Program-made: the position numbers and the translations under genes
Part shown: positions 9,223-19,567 of the stretch, piece after piece
Layout: every line of letters begins with the position of its first letter
Numbering within the stretch: the stretch's first letter is position 1
NCBI GenBank assembly: GCA_947626445.1
Contig: CANQSC010000003.1
Coordinates: forward strand, 1-34,616
Origin: an uncultured Bacilli bacterium
Lineage (GTDB): Bacteria > Bacillota_I > Bacilli_A > RF39 > UBA660
Length of the DNA stretch: 34,616 bases
Reading direction: 5' to 3'
Notes under the pieces: model-generated
What the model was told of the DNA's origin: nothing
What the model saw: the letters and a program-made list of their open reading frames with translations, nothing else
The model's database searches: none

Positions 9223-10533
9223 ATGAATAGAAGAATGAAAGAAAAATATTTAAAAATTTTTATACCTTTACTTGTTGGTTTAATCTTTATTTTATTAATT
9301 TGGGTTGGTTATAAATTAATTTTTGGCAAAAAACTTTCATTCTTAGAAACAATTGATAAATCAGTATATGCTGATATTAATTATGAGGCAATTTATGGAA
9401 TTCATTTAAATTTTAAAGGTTCTTTTGTTCTACCAGATAATTATCATGATATGAAATTAGTGTTAGCAAATGGTAAAGATGAGATTGAAATTCCGATTGA
9501 AGTTAAGGAAAAAGGTGGAAAGAGGGAATTTGTAACTAGTAATTTTATTAATAAAGGTATTAATTTAGAGTATCTACCGGTTGGAACTTATTATTTATTA
9601 ATTAAAGCAAGTACTAATGAAAATAATAAAGAAGTTGATAAATATTTTTCAGTAACTAATAAAACTGATTATGATAATTTAGAATATTATACTTTAACAA
9701 AGAATGGTAAGAATAATAAAATTGATATTGAATGGAATACTTATGAAGAATGCCCAACTTTAAGATTTACGGTTAAGGAAACTAATTTACCAAGTGATGT
9801 TTATGATATTACGATTGACCCTGGACATGGGGGAGTTGATACGGGGGCAATTGGATATTTAAATGGCAAGGAATATCACGAATCAAATTTAAATTTAACA
9901 GTTAGTTTGGCTCTAAAAAAAATCTTAGAAGAGCGTGGATATAAAGTCGCTATTACCAGAAGTACTGATGAAAACATTGAAATTTATGAAAAAGGCGGAA
10001 GTGCTGTTTTAGCTAATGAAACAAAATCAAAATTCAACTTTGCTCTTCATCATAACTCTTTTGATTACCAAGCTGAAGAATTAAATGGTTTAGAAATTTA
10101 TGTAGCAAGTGATATTGAATTTGATTTTGCTAATTTATTAATTGAAAATATTATTAAAGAAACAGGTACACAGATATCACCTAAAGAAATTTATCAAACG
10201 GTTCCGGGCATTTATCAAAGATATTTTTCTGAAGATGATATAGCTGAAGATGAAGTTCAACCAAGTAATAAAACAACATCAATGATATACTATTATAATA
10301 TTCGGGAATTAGGTGGAATAAGTACTCAATCAACAAATGATGGAAGATATAAAGATATTAATGGTTATCCGGCTAATCCTTACTATAAAGCTAATGTTAC
10401 AACAGAACCTTATCTATTAGAACTTGGCTATGTCAATAATGAAGAAAACTTAAAATTAATTATTGGCAATGAAGAAAAATATGCTTTAGGAATTGCTAAT
10501 GCTATAGAAAAATACTTAGAAACAGATTACTAA
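9223..10533 (+). CDS. Membrane-anchored N-acetylmuramoyl-L-alanine amidase (Amidase_3) with N-terminal extension
   Basis: N-terminal TM segment; IDPGHGGVDTGA, ESNLNL, ALHHNS and LLELGY. Start is 9214 or 9223. Confidence 0.85.
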   Translation: MNRRMKEKYLKIFIPLLVGLIFILLIWVGYKLIFGKKLSFLETIDKSVYADINYEAIYGIHLNFKGSFVLPDNYHDMKLVLANGKDEIEIPIEVKEKGGKREFVTSNFINKGINLEYLPVGTYYLLIKASTNENNKEVDKYFSVTNKTDYDNLEYYTLTKNGKNNKIDIEWNTYEECPTLRFTVKETNLPSDVYDITIDPGHGGVDTGAIGYLNGKEYHESNLNLTVSLALKKILEERGYKVAITRSTDENIEIYEKGGSAVLANETKSKFNFALHHNSFDYQAEELNGLEIYVASDIEFDFANLLIENIIKETGTQISPKEIYQTVPGIYQRYFSEDDIAEDEVQPSNKTTSMIYYYNIRELGGISTQSTNDGRYKDINGYPANPYYKANVTTEPYLLELGYVNNEENLKLIIGNEEKYALGIANAIEKYLETDY

Positions 10534-10546
10534 GTATTTTTTTAAC

Positions 10547-11143
10547 TTAATTATATATGTATTTAACTTCTAAATTAATGTTCTTTCCTAATGTTTTTAA
10601 CCTTTCTTGTAAATCATTTAACTTATTCATTACATCAAAATAAAATTCTTGAAAATTATTTATTTGATTTTGAAAAATATCAACAATTATTAACAAAAAT
10701 AAACTATTATTCATAACATATGTATCTTCATAAGTATGAGGATAGTGAACATAATAATTATTTGGATAATTTTCATAATATTTTGTTACTCTTTGATAAG
10801 TATTTTTTATAAAATTGATATCAATACTTTTAAGTTCATAGGCTTTTTTTAAATTTAAAAGTTCTTCTTCACTTAAACGTTCTAAAAATATTTCATTTTT
10901 TAAATAAAATATTTTCCATATAGAATTTACCTCAAATTGTTTTATAAATTCATTTGAAGGTATTATTGGATAATTAATCTTGCTTAAAAATTCATTTTCA
11001 ATCTCACTTAAATTTAAAATTTTATCTAAATAAATTTCTATTGATTTTTTATAAAATTGTACTAATTCATTATATAATTCATTTTTTTGATTATTTTCTA
11101 TAAGTCCAACTTTATTTAATTTTTCAATATTATTTTTATCCAT
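10547..11143 (-). CDS. Hypothetical cytoplasmic protein, candidate immunity partner of the upstream protease-type effector
   Basis: Start MDKNN after GGAGG abuts the stop codon of 11145..13946. The function is inferred from position only. Confidence 0.55.
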   Translation of the reverse strand: MDKNNIEKLNKVGLIENNQKNELYNELVQFYKKSIEIYLDKILNLSEIENEFLSKINYPIIPSNEFIKQFEVNSIWKIFYLKNEIFLERLSEEELLNLKKAYELKSIDINFIKNTYQRVTKYYENYPNNYYVHYPHTYEDTYVMNNSLFLLIIVDIFQNQINNFQEFYFDVMNKLNDLQERLKTLGKNINLEVKYIYN

Positions 11144-11144
11144 A

Positions 11145-13946
11145 CTAGTTACCTCCATTAATAGTTATGGCATTTATACCAATATTAGTATTTTTTAATT
11201 CATCTAAATCTAGTGAACATATATGTCCCCATGATTCAACTAAAATATGGTTTTCATCTTGTATACCAATTACACTTACTGTATGTCCTTCACCACAAAG
11301 TACAGTTTTATTTAGAGCTGGAATATAAAATTTTACTTTATCAGGAGTTGATTCATTATTACCATTTTTTAAATTATTTAGGGTAGGATTAAGTGTTAAT
11401 AATACACTTCCTTTTTTTAAACCATCAGCTATTTTATTAATAACTGTTTGATTAAATTCTGCGTCAGGAATATTATTATTTACTTGCCATGGGGCGACAG
11501 GAAAATTATTATATATTCCTTTATTAGTAGTATTAATATTTAATCCTTTACTTTTTAAATAATCTTCAATTGTTTGAACATTATTTCCTTCAAAATAAGA
11601 AGTTCCCAATTTTATTTTATATTTAGGAGTATAAACATCTTTGCCATCAACATTTTTAACCATGTTATTTTTATTCATCCAGCAATAAAAATCAGTTAAT
11701 AATAAATCATCATTTGGTAATGTTAAGCCTGTTTGATTTTTTCTTGTTAATGGAAAACCAAATGTTTGTTTAAAAAGGTCAGGATTGTTTTGAAAATAAA
11801 TCATGATAGTATTTATGGTAGCCGCATAATCACAAATACCTCCTGTAATTGAACCATTCATATCTGTAGCTAATTTAATTTTATCTTGTTGTGACATATT
11901 AGGAAAATATGATTTAATTATGTCTAATACCAAATTAGCACGCTCTGGGACTTTCATATCAGCTTCTACAATAGATTGATTTGCCCCATTTCGACCGGCT
12001 GGAAATTGTTCAAAAAAGCTCATATATCCTTTAAGAATAGACGAATTAATTATATCATCAATATTTTCAATAGAAATATTTGCTTCCGTTTTACTACATT
12101 TTTCAATTAAATCTTTTAAATCAAGGTCAGAATTTTTATTTATTTGTTCAATAACTTGATTTAATTGCTCATTATTGATATTTATTTTTTGATTGTTTAT
12201 TACTAATGATAAACCGCCAAGAGCTCCACTATAAGCATTCAAATTACCGGCTACAATTGCTCCCATTAAAAATGATTTAATTGCTTCATCTGTTAATTCA
12301 TCTAAATTTACGGGTTTATTTAAGAGTACAGCATCTATCCCAGCCATTAAATAACTTTGCAAAAATTCTTCGTTTCCTTCTTGGAGCATTCTGACGATAA
12401 AGCTTGTACTTGGATTATCTGCTAATCCTAATACACCACCCATTTTCTCAGTTAATACTTCTGATCCTGCTGATAATAAGCCGTATAATATTGATGTCAT
12501 TGTTGTATGTCCATTTACTAAGGCTTCATGTTTAGAGTTTCCATAGGCAGATGCTCCCATCAAAAGTTGTCCTACTTTAGGCGCTAGTTCTGGAGCTACT
12601 AATGATGCTAGAAAACTTGCCGTTACACTTGGTAACATATTTCCAGTAGACATTCCTACTTGATACACATTGTCTAATATTTTAGTTTGTTTTTGTAAAT
12701 ATTGTAAATAATACGCTATCTTATATTCACTTACTGATAAATTTTCATCATTTATTACGGCATTTTCTAAACCTTTAAAAAACAAATTTATTCCATCACT
12801 TAATCCATCAGTTCCAACATTTAAGGTATTACATATATTCTCTTGTATTTCTCCTTCATCATCTAATGATAATTCTTTTATTTCTTTTTGAGCTAAATTA
12901 TAACCAATTCTTTGATTTAGTTCATCTTGTTTTTTATCTATATATTTATCAGCTGATGCTCTTCCTTCATTTTCAAAAAGATAAGAATAAATTTGAATTT
13001 CTTCTTGAGTCATTACTTTATAATTTTCATACATTTTAGAAAAATCTTGTTGATATACTACAACTTGTCTATTTATTACATCACTTATATCTAATCCTTC
13101 TTTGTTAGCTAGACTTTTAGCATACTCACAAAATAATAAAGGATTATAATTTTCTTGCAATTGATATGCTAAATCTGGTACATCATATATTCTTAGATAT
13201 TGTTCTTGATATTCATTATATTTTTCTTCTAATTTTTCATCACTTAAACTGCCATTTAATAACCATTTAATATATTCTTGACTATTGGTTATATTTTCTT
13301 CTTCCTTGGCTATTTTTAATTTTTGAAGTTCTTGTTTTAAGGCATATTGAGCTGATGATAACATTAAACTGTCGTTTTTTATCTTTTGCATATTTTCTTT
13401 ATATTCATCTTCTGTTTTATCACTATTTGTTAATTTTTTAAAAATTTCATTATAGGTATCTGTATAGGTTCTAATTTTTTCTTGCCACTCTTTATCATTA
13501 TAAAAAGCTTCTACTATATTAGCATCAGTGTACATTTGAGAATAATTTCCTAATAATAAATTTTCATATTCTTGAGGTGTCATTGGTTTATCTCCATTTG
13601 ACATTATCTCGCCATTTTCATACCATATTTTTTCATTTTTTATTGAAAAAGCATCATCATATTGTTTTTGTAATGTTTCATATTCTTTATCCATCTGTTT
13701 TTTTAATTTTGTGATATTTTCAAAATTATCATTATTAGTCTTTATTAATCCATCTATATCTTGTAAATTATCATTATTATTACTATTATCTTCTAAAGAA
13801 AAATTAACAATTTCTACTTCACTAGAATTATAATTTGCGTAATTATTTAAATTTTGATTACTAATATTATCAGAAACATTTGTAACTTCCTCATTGTTAT
13901 TATTAGTATAATCTATATTTATATTTTTTACATCTTTTCTAATCAT
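11145..13946 (-). CDS. Putative T7SS effector: shared leader, helical and hydrophobic middle region, C-terminal papain-like cysteine protease
   Basis: GGICDYAA (Cys), GEGHTVSVIG (His) and VESWG; no Sec signal; located in the T7SS locus. Confidence 0.65.
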   Translation of the reverse strand: MIRKDVKNINIDYTNNNNEEVTNVSDNISNQNLNNYANYNSSEVEIVNFSLEDNSNNNDNLQDIDGLIKTNNDNFENITKLKKQMDKEYETLQKQYDDAFSIKNEKIWYENGEIMSNGDKPMTPQEYENLLLGNYSQMYTDANIVEAFYNDKEWQEKIRTYTDTYNEIFKKLTNSDKTEDEYKENMQKIKNDSLMLSSAQYALKQELQKLKIAKEEENITNSQEYIKWLLNGSLSDEKLEEKYNEYQEQYLRIYDVPDLAYQLQENYNPLLFCEYAKSLANKEGLDISDVINRQVVVYQQDFSKMYENYKVMTQEEIQIYSYLFENEGRASADKYIDKKQDELNQRIGYNLAQKEIKELSLDDEGEIQENICNTLNVGTDGLSDGINLFFKGLENAVINDENLSVSEYKIAYYLQYLQKQTKILDNVYQVGMSTGNMLPSVTASFLASLVAPELAPKVGQLLMGASAYGNSKHEALVNGHTTMTSILYGLLSAGSEVLTEKMGGVLGLADNPSTSFIVRMLQEGNEEFLQSYLMAGIDAVLLNKPVNLDELTDEAIKSFLMGAIVAGNLNAYSGALGGLSLVINNQKININNEQLNQVIEQINKNSDLDLKDLIEKCSKTEANISIENIDDIINSSILKGYMSFFEQFPAGRNGANQSIVEADMKVPERANLVLDIIKSYFPNMSQQDKIKLATDMNGSITGGICDYAATINTIMIYFQNNPDLFKQTFGFPLTRKNQTGLTLPNDDLLLTDFYCWMNKNNMVKNVDGKDVYTPKYKIKLGTSYFEGNNVQTIEDYLKSKGLNINTTNKGIYNNFPVAPWQVNNNIPDAEFNQTVINKIADGLKKGSVLLTLNPTLNNLKNGNNESTPDKVKFYIPALNKTVLCGEGHTVSVIGIQDENHILVESWGHICSLDLDELKNTNIGINAITINGGN

Positions 13947-13954
13947 AAATCCTC

Positions 13955-16393
13955 CTAAGTAAAATATAGAAAATCTCCAACACTTCGTTCGCCAGTTTCA
14001 TCAGTTGGATTATTTATTAATTCTCCATCAAATACTAAGGAAACACTTCCACCTTGATCCATGCTTTTTGCATAAGTACAACCTTTATTATACAAATATT
14101 CTCTTGCTCCAACATTTGTTGTAGAACCTGTTAAAATATAATATTCTCCAGGCTTCGTCATACCAATAACAGTACTATTATAAGCTGTATCATTTTCACT
14201 AGAGGGTTGAGAAATATAATCTTTTTCACCATTCCAAATTAATCTTGAATCTAAACTGGCAAAAGTATAAACCACTCCTTTATCTATCAAATCAGTAGCT
14301 GTTGTTCCAGGACTAGGTGTAAATAATCTACCATCTTTATCTAGACAAATTTCCATGGCTTGGGAAGTACCATCATGCACGATTTTTCCATTTACTATAG
14401 CTATATGATTAGTATTTCTTAAATCTTGCTCGCCATTATCTAAAAAGTTACTACCATTGATCACTAATGTAGCATTTTTTCTTTTAGCTGCACTACTAGG
14501 TTTTTCAAGACCACTAGCATATTTTCCATTAGCTGGCTCTCCTTTTATCTTAGAAGGATCATCAATAACTATATGGGTTAAATAGCAAGGATTGCCATCA
14601 ACTTCGACATCTCTAATTGTAATAAATTCATTTTCATCTATTTTAACTTTAAATGCTTTTTGAATTTCTTCCGCATATTTCACTATAGCATTACCAATAT
14701 TACTATTTTTTAAAATCTTAGATAAATCAATTTTTTTAACCACTTTTCTATTACTCTTAACTGAAGTCGGCTCTGAATTTGAAGAAGAATTGTTTTGAGG
14801 TATTTTTAAAACCTGACCAACATTAATATTATTTGGATCGGTTATATTATTAGCTTTAACTATGTCATCAACACTTAATCCATATTTGGCTGCTATGGCA
14901 CTTAACGTTTGCCCACGTTGAACAGTATAATCCTCAAATGTTGGCTTATTATTAGATTTATTTGTCATAATTAAATTAATAAAATTAAGAATTTTTTCAG
15001 GATTAATATTTATATTTTGTTCTTTTAATTTATTGCTTATTATTTCCTTTAAATTATTAACTACTTTGTTATTTGATTCTTTAAAATCTTGAATTTGTTT
15101 TGCTAAGACGGGAATCATTGATTCCATAGTATTATTTACTTTTTGGCTTACCATTTTTATTTGATTAATCAATTGTTGATAATTAGTTTGAAAATTATTG
15201 AAATTGAATGATTCAATTATATTATTAATATTTTGATAGTTAATGCTTATATTAGATTCTTTTAATTTTTCAGTTATTATTTTTTTTAAATCATAAGCAT
15301 TATTAATATTTTTGTCTTTAATTTCTTGGGCTTGTTTTGCTAAAGTTAGGATAATTGAATCAACTGTATTATTTGCTTTTTGGCTAATATTCTTTATTTG
15401 ATCAACTAATTGTTGAGCTTGATTGACAGGGTTTTCTTCTTCTTTAGTGGTAAGAATTTTATCTACCATTTCTTTTATACTTTTCGAATTAATTTTTATA
15501 TTTTGTTCTTTTAATTTATCATTAATCATTTTTCCTAAATCAATAGCTGTTTGAGAATTTTGATTATTAATATCTTGAATTTGTTTAGTTAGTAATGGAA
15601 TTGCTGATTTTATTGCATCATTTGCTTTTTGGCTTGCTATTTTTATTTGTTCTGCCAATTGTTTTGCTTTAGCTTTTGAATCTGTTTCATTATTTTTGGC
15701 AAGAACTTTATCAACGATAATATTAATACTTTCTGGATCAAAATTGGCATCAATTTCATTTAGCTTATCAATAACTAATTTTTTTAAATCTTCTGCTGTA
15801 CTATTATTTTTATCATTAATATTTTGGATTTGTTTTACTAAAGTTGGAATAATTGAGTCAACCACATCATTTACATTTTGACTAGCCATTTTTAATTGAT
15901 CAGCAATTTGTTTTGATAATTCTTCCTTTTTATCCGTTTTTTCACCTTTAGATGGTATTTTAATAATTTGATCTACTTCAATATAATTTGGATTAGATAT
16001 ATTATTTTCTTTTACTAAATCATCAATAGAAACCCCATACTTTTCGGCAATAATAGTTAAATTATCTCCTTCTTTGACGGTATAAGTTGATGTATCTTCG
16101 GGAAGGTTAGGAATTTTTATTACTTGACCATTTTCAATATAATTTGGATCGGCAATATTATTATAGTCAGCTAATTCTTGATATGTTAAGCCATATTGCT
16201 CAGCAATGGAGGTCAATGTCTCGCCACTTTCGACAACATGCTCGCTATCAAATTCCATTGTTTCTACATTTGAATTTTGATAATCAATTGATACATTAGT
16301 ATCATTATTATTCTTAATACTATCTACATTACCAGATTCTTTTTGTTCATCATAATATATTGATTGCTTACTTACTCCTTTTTTTATTGCCAT
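13955..16393 (-). CDS. LysM x3 protein with four ~80-aa helical repeats and a C-terminal phosphodiester glycosidase (NAGPA-like) domain; putative T7SS substrate
   Basis: LysM motifs HVVESGETLTSIA, YTVKEGDNL and YTVQRGQTLSAIA; VINGSNF, MDQGGS and ERSVGDFLYF. Confidence 0.8.
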   Translation of the reverse strand: MAIKKGVSKQSIYYDEQKESGNVDSIKNNNDTNVSIDYQNSNVETMEFDSEHVVESGETLTSIAEQYGLTYQELADYNNIADPNYIENGQVIKIPNLPEDTSTYTVKEGDNLTIIAEKYGVSIDDLVKENNISNPNYIEVDQIIKIPSKGEKTDKKEELSKQIADQLKMASQNVNDVVDSIIPTLVKQIQNINDKNNSTAEDLKKLVIDKLNEIDANFDPESINIIVDKVLAKNNETDSKAKAKQLAEQIKIASQKANDAIKSAIPLLTKQIQDINNQNSQTAIDLGKMINDKLKEQNIKINSKSIKEMVDKILTTKEEENPVNQAQQLVDQIKNISQKANNTVDSIILTLAKQAQEIKDKNINNAYDLKKIITEKLKESNISINYQNINNIIESFNFNNFQTNYQQLINQIKMVSQKVNNTMESMIPVLAKQIQDFKESNNKVVNNLKEIISNKLKEQNININPEKILNFINLIMTNKSNNKPTFEDYTVQRGQTLSAIAAKYGLSVDDIVKANNITDPNNINVGQVLKIPQNNSSSNSEPTSVKSNRKVVKKIDLSKILKNSNIGNAIVKYAEEIQKAFKVKIDENEFITIRDVEVDGNPCYLTHIVIDDPSKIKGEPANGKYASGLEKPSSAAKRKNATLVINGSNFLDNGEQDLRNTNHIAIVNGKIVHDGTSQAMEICLDKDGRLFTPSPGTTATDLIDKGVVYTFASLDSRLIWNGEKDYISQPSSENDTAYNSTVIGMTKPGEYYILTGSTTNVGAREYLYNKGCTYAKSMDQGGSVSLVFDGELINNPTDETGERSVGDFLYFT

Positions 16394-16527
16394 GCGTACT
16401 TTCCTTTCGTTTTAATTAACATTATTTTCATTTTTCTTTATTAGTTTTAAAACATACTTATTTTTTTTCTTTTTTTCTATTAATTATTGTTAGATTAATC
16501 TCTTATATGCAAATATGCTAATATAAA

Positions 16528-16767
16528 TCATTTATTACCTTTTAAATAATCAATTAATTTCATTATTATTTTAAACAATTCTTGATATTCTTTTTCTTCA
16601 ACTGGACAGATATTTTCATTTATAATTTTACCTACAAAAACACTCTCAAAGTCATTAGGAGATATAATATAAAATACATATTCAAAATTATTATATTTAA
16701 TATTAACTAACGGATATATTTCTTTTGTTTCATCATTAAGACTAACAATTATTTTTTCATTGTCCAT
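16528..16767 (-). CDS. Small hypothetical protein (DUF1292-like)
   Basis: 79 aa, overlaps the stop of the upstream gene, acidic beta/alpha pattern ending PVEEKEYQEL. Confidence 0.55.
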   Translation of the reverse strand: MDNEKIIVSLNDETKEIYPLVNIKYNNFEYVFYIISPNDFESVFVGKIINENICPVEEKEYQELFKIIMKLIDYLKGNK

Positions 16768-17339
16768 ACTAATTTATCCCCTTCTAACATTTTTTTTGCT
16801 TCTTTCTCAGCAATTAAATCTTTAGTTTTATAATGCTTTTCTCCATCCCAATCTTTAATATATTTTAGAATATCTTCTTTACTAATTGATTCATTATTTT
16901 TTAATAATTTATCCTCATATAAATTATAGAATACACTGCTTTCTTTAAATAAACATAGATTAGTCCATTCTCCTCCAACAATTACATTACCTGTTAAAAT
17001 ATCTTGAGCTAAATATAGATCATTAGTTAAATAAACAGTTCCATCAGTTAATTGCTTTATATATAATTTATCTAATCCTATCTCTTTATCATCAATAATA
17101 ATCTGTTCATTATCATATATTTTAGCAAATTCTTCATCTATTTCTTCATCAGGTATTTCTTCCATAATATTTTGGCATAATATTTCATAACTTTCAGTAT
17201 AGCATAAATCTTCTTCAATCGTATTAGCTTTAACATGATTTATTAATAAACTAGATATTAAGATACTATTAGTAAGCATTAAAGTAGATCCTTTAATTAT
17301 TTTATTTATTTTCATTTTTTTAGTATTTATTATTTTCAT
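16749..17339 (-). CDS. Secreted acidic hypothetical protein (possible extracytoplasmic immunity or accessory protein)
   Basis: Basic N-terminus, hydrophobic stretch, VKA cleavage-like site, RBS GAGGAG. Confidence 0.6.
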   Translation of the reverse strand: MKIINTKKMKINKIIKGSTLMLTNSILISSLLINHVKANTIEEDLCYTESYEILCQNIMEEIPDEEIDEEFAKIYDNEQIIIDDKEIGLDKLYIKQLTDGTVYLTNDLYLAQDILTGNVIVGGEWTNLCLFKESSVFYNLYEDKLLKNNESISKEDILKYIKDWDGEKHYKTKDLIAEKEAKKMLEGDKLVWTMKK

Positions 17340-17359
17340 ATATTTTTCTCCTCTTATTA

Positions 17360-19006
17360 TTAATTACCATTTAATATATACTTCATATAATCATATAAAG
17401 TTTGAAATTCTCCATAATTAATTTTAATTTGAGTTAAGCGTTCAGGATATATGTAATAGTTATCTATACATCTAGCAAACCATTCATTAGGTGCATCTTT
17501 TAACGCTATTGACAGTAATTCACTATTATTTTGATTAAATATTTGTTTGTAAACTACTTCTTTCCAATCTTCTCTTTCAGATATTCTACCTTTTGCTGCA
17601 TCATAAGCATGTCCCAATTCATGAATCAATATTTTTTGAGCTGTAAGGCGCTTCTTTTCATCATTAGATACTATAGTATTACCATTTATTACTACTTTTT
17701 TACCATTTAATGTTATACCAGAATATCCTCCATTTTTAAGATATAGAATTGGAATTTCTTTATCTAAGCTAGAATTTTTTATAGTTTGAATAAAATCATA
17801 ATCAAGATTTTTAGTATTATTAATATAATCAGTTACATACTGTTGAGCTTTTTTAATATATTCTTCTTTATCTTCACCTTCCAAAGGTACAACTTTAACC
17901 TTTTTTTTATCATTTTCATCTACTTCAAATTTTGCTAATGGAATTTTAAAGTTAAAATCGCTATTTGGATAAGAAATATATAGCACATCGCCTACATACA
18001 TTACTTCACCATGATTAGGTATGGTAATTGTTTGAGGCTGAGCAATGATACTACAATTGAGATCATATTCAGTATTAGAGCTACTTTTAAAGAAGGCAAA
18101 TCGTAAAATGTCTAAATATTTTTCATAATCTAAATTATTATTTTTTAAAACATCTTTTATTATTTGCATAATATCACGGGCTTGATTAAGATTTTGTTGA
18201 TGCGTTTCTTTAATTTTGCTAGCAATTACAGGAATTAAATTCGTTATTTTTTCATTGGCATTTTTAAAAAAATTTTTTATTTCATCTGCTAATTGTTCAG
18301 GAGTATCATTGCCCTTTGACAACATTTGAATTATTTTATTTATATCTGTTGGATCAAGACTCATATTTGACTTGGAGAAGGCTTCTTTTATAATATTTTT
18401 GATGACTTCACTTGTTTGATTACTATTTTGCGCAACTTCTTGGGCTTTAGATCCTAACATAGTTGCGGCTTTATTTGATGCTTCAGTTATTTTTTTACAT
18501 AATTTTTTTATTTCATCTGCTACTTTTTTTTCTTCAGAATTACTATTTTGATTTTCTTCTTTAGGAGGAATTTTTATTACTTGACCGATTTCAATATAAT
18601 TAGGATCGGCAATATTATTATAATCAGCTAATTCTTGATAGGTAAAACCATAAGCATTAGCTATTTTTGTTAAATTATCTCCCCCTTTAACGGTATAAGA
18701 TGATGTGTCTTCGGGAAGATCAGGAATTTTTATTACTTGACCAGTTTCAATGTAATTGGGATCGGGTATATCATTATAATCAGCTAAATCTTGATACGTT
18801 AAACCATATTTTTCAGCAATGGAGGTCAATGTTTCGCCACCTTCGACAACATGCTCACTATCAAAGTCCATTGTTTCTACATTTGAATCTTGATAGTCAA
18901 TTGATATATCAGAATCATTATTATTCTGAATACTATCTACATTACCAGATTTTTTTTGCTCATCATAATATATTGATTGACTACTTACTCCTTTTCTTAT
19001 TGCCAT
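17360..19006 (-). CDS. LysM x2 protein with two helical repeats and a C-terminal HExxH zinc metallopeptidase (lethal-factor/PPEP-like); putative T7SS substrate
   Basis: LysM motifs; ILIHELGHAYD followed by NEWFAR; RBS GGAGG. Confidence 0.78.
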   Translation of the reverse strand: MAIRKGVSSQSIYYDEQKKSGNVDSIQNNNDSDISIDYQDSNVETMDFDSEHVVEGGETLTSIAEKYGLTYQDLADYNDIPDPNYIETGQVIKIPDLPEDTSSYTVKGGDNLTKIANAYGFTYQELADYNNIADPNYIEIGQVIKIPPKEENQNSNSEEKKVADEIKKLCKKITEASNKAATMLGSKAQEVAQNSNQTSEVIKNIIKEAFSKSNMSLDPTDINKIIQMLSKGNDTPEQLADEIKNFFKNANEKITNLIPVIASKIKETHQQNLNQARDIMQIIKDVLKNNNLDYEKYLDILRFAFFKSSSNTEYDLNCSIIAQPQTITIPNHGEVMYVGDVLYISYPNSDFNFKIPLAKFEVDENDKKKVKVVPLEGEDKEEYIKKAQQYVTDYINNTKNLDYDFIQTIKNSSLDKEIPILYLKNGGYSGITLNGKKVVINGNTIVSNDEKKRLTAQKILIHELGHAYDAAKGRISEREDWKEVVYKQIFNQNNSELLSIALKDAPNEWFARCIDNYYIYPERLTQIKINYGEFQTLYDYMKYILNGN

Positions 19007-19016
19007 ATTGAGCCTC

Positions 19017-19262
19017 CTAATTTATTTTTTGATTAATACTTGGTAAAACAATATTATTAATTTTTTTATAATTGTTTTCATTAATATTTAAATATTTTTT
19101 TAATGTATCTTTTTCAATAATGGTATTATTTAATTTAACAGTATCATTCATTTCATTTATTAGTTTTTTATGAATAATGCTTAATTCTCCTAAATTATGA
19201 TTTAATTTAATAACTAATTGTTGTAAAATTTGATACTTTTTTTTAGTTGCTTCATCTATCAT
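19017..19262 (-). CDS. Small helical protein, WXG100-like accessory candidate
   Basis: 81 aa of amphipathic helices, translationally coupled within the T7SS cluster. Confidence 0.55.
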   Translation of the reverse strand: MIDEATKKKYQILQQLVIKLNHNLGELSIIHKKLINEMNDTVKLNNTIIEKDTLKKYLNINENNYKKINNIVLPSINQKIN

Positions 19263-19552
19263 AAATCACCTATATTTTCAAGTATACTTTCTGTTTCTTT
19301 AACTTGTTTTTGATATTTACTTATATTTTTTTCTAAGACAATAACATTATTTTGAAAATTACGATTTATAACCTGTAAATTTTTAATTAAATTTATTTCA
19401 AAATTATTTATTTTATTTACATTTGTAGATTTATAAATGCTATTTATCTGACTATTTTTATTTAATGATTCAATATTTAGTAAACATTCTTTTTGATAAA
19501 ATTTCATTTTATTTAAATTTAACTTAAGTAATGCTTCATTTAATATTGCCAT
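19259..19552 (-). CDS. WXG100-like small helical protein (central YxS)
   Basis: 97 aa, helix-turn-helix pattern with central IYKS, T7SS context. Confidence 0.55.
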   Translation of the reverse strand: MAILNEALLKLNLNKMKFYQKECLLNIESLNKNSQINSIYKSTNVNKINNFEINLIKNLQVINRNFQNNVIVLEKNISKYQKQVKETESILENIGDL

Positions 19553-19567
19553 TTTATCTTATCCTCT

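Noticed and set aside
5896-10533. copA, the DUF2974 hydrolase and the amidase as parts of the T7SS locus
   Set aside because: Separated by a convergent junction at ~10540 and explainable as ordinary genes. DUF2974 lipase-like proteins can accompany T7SS, but no leader or other link is seen here.
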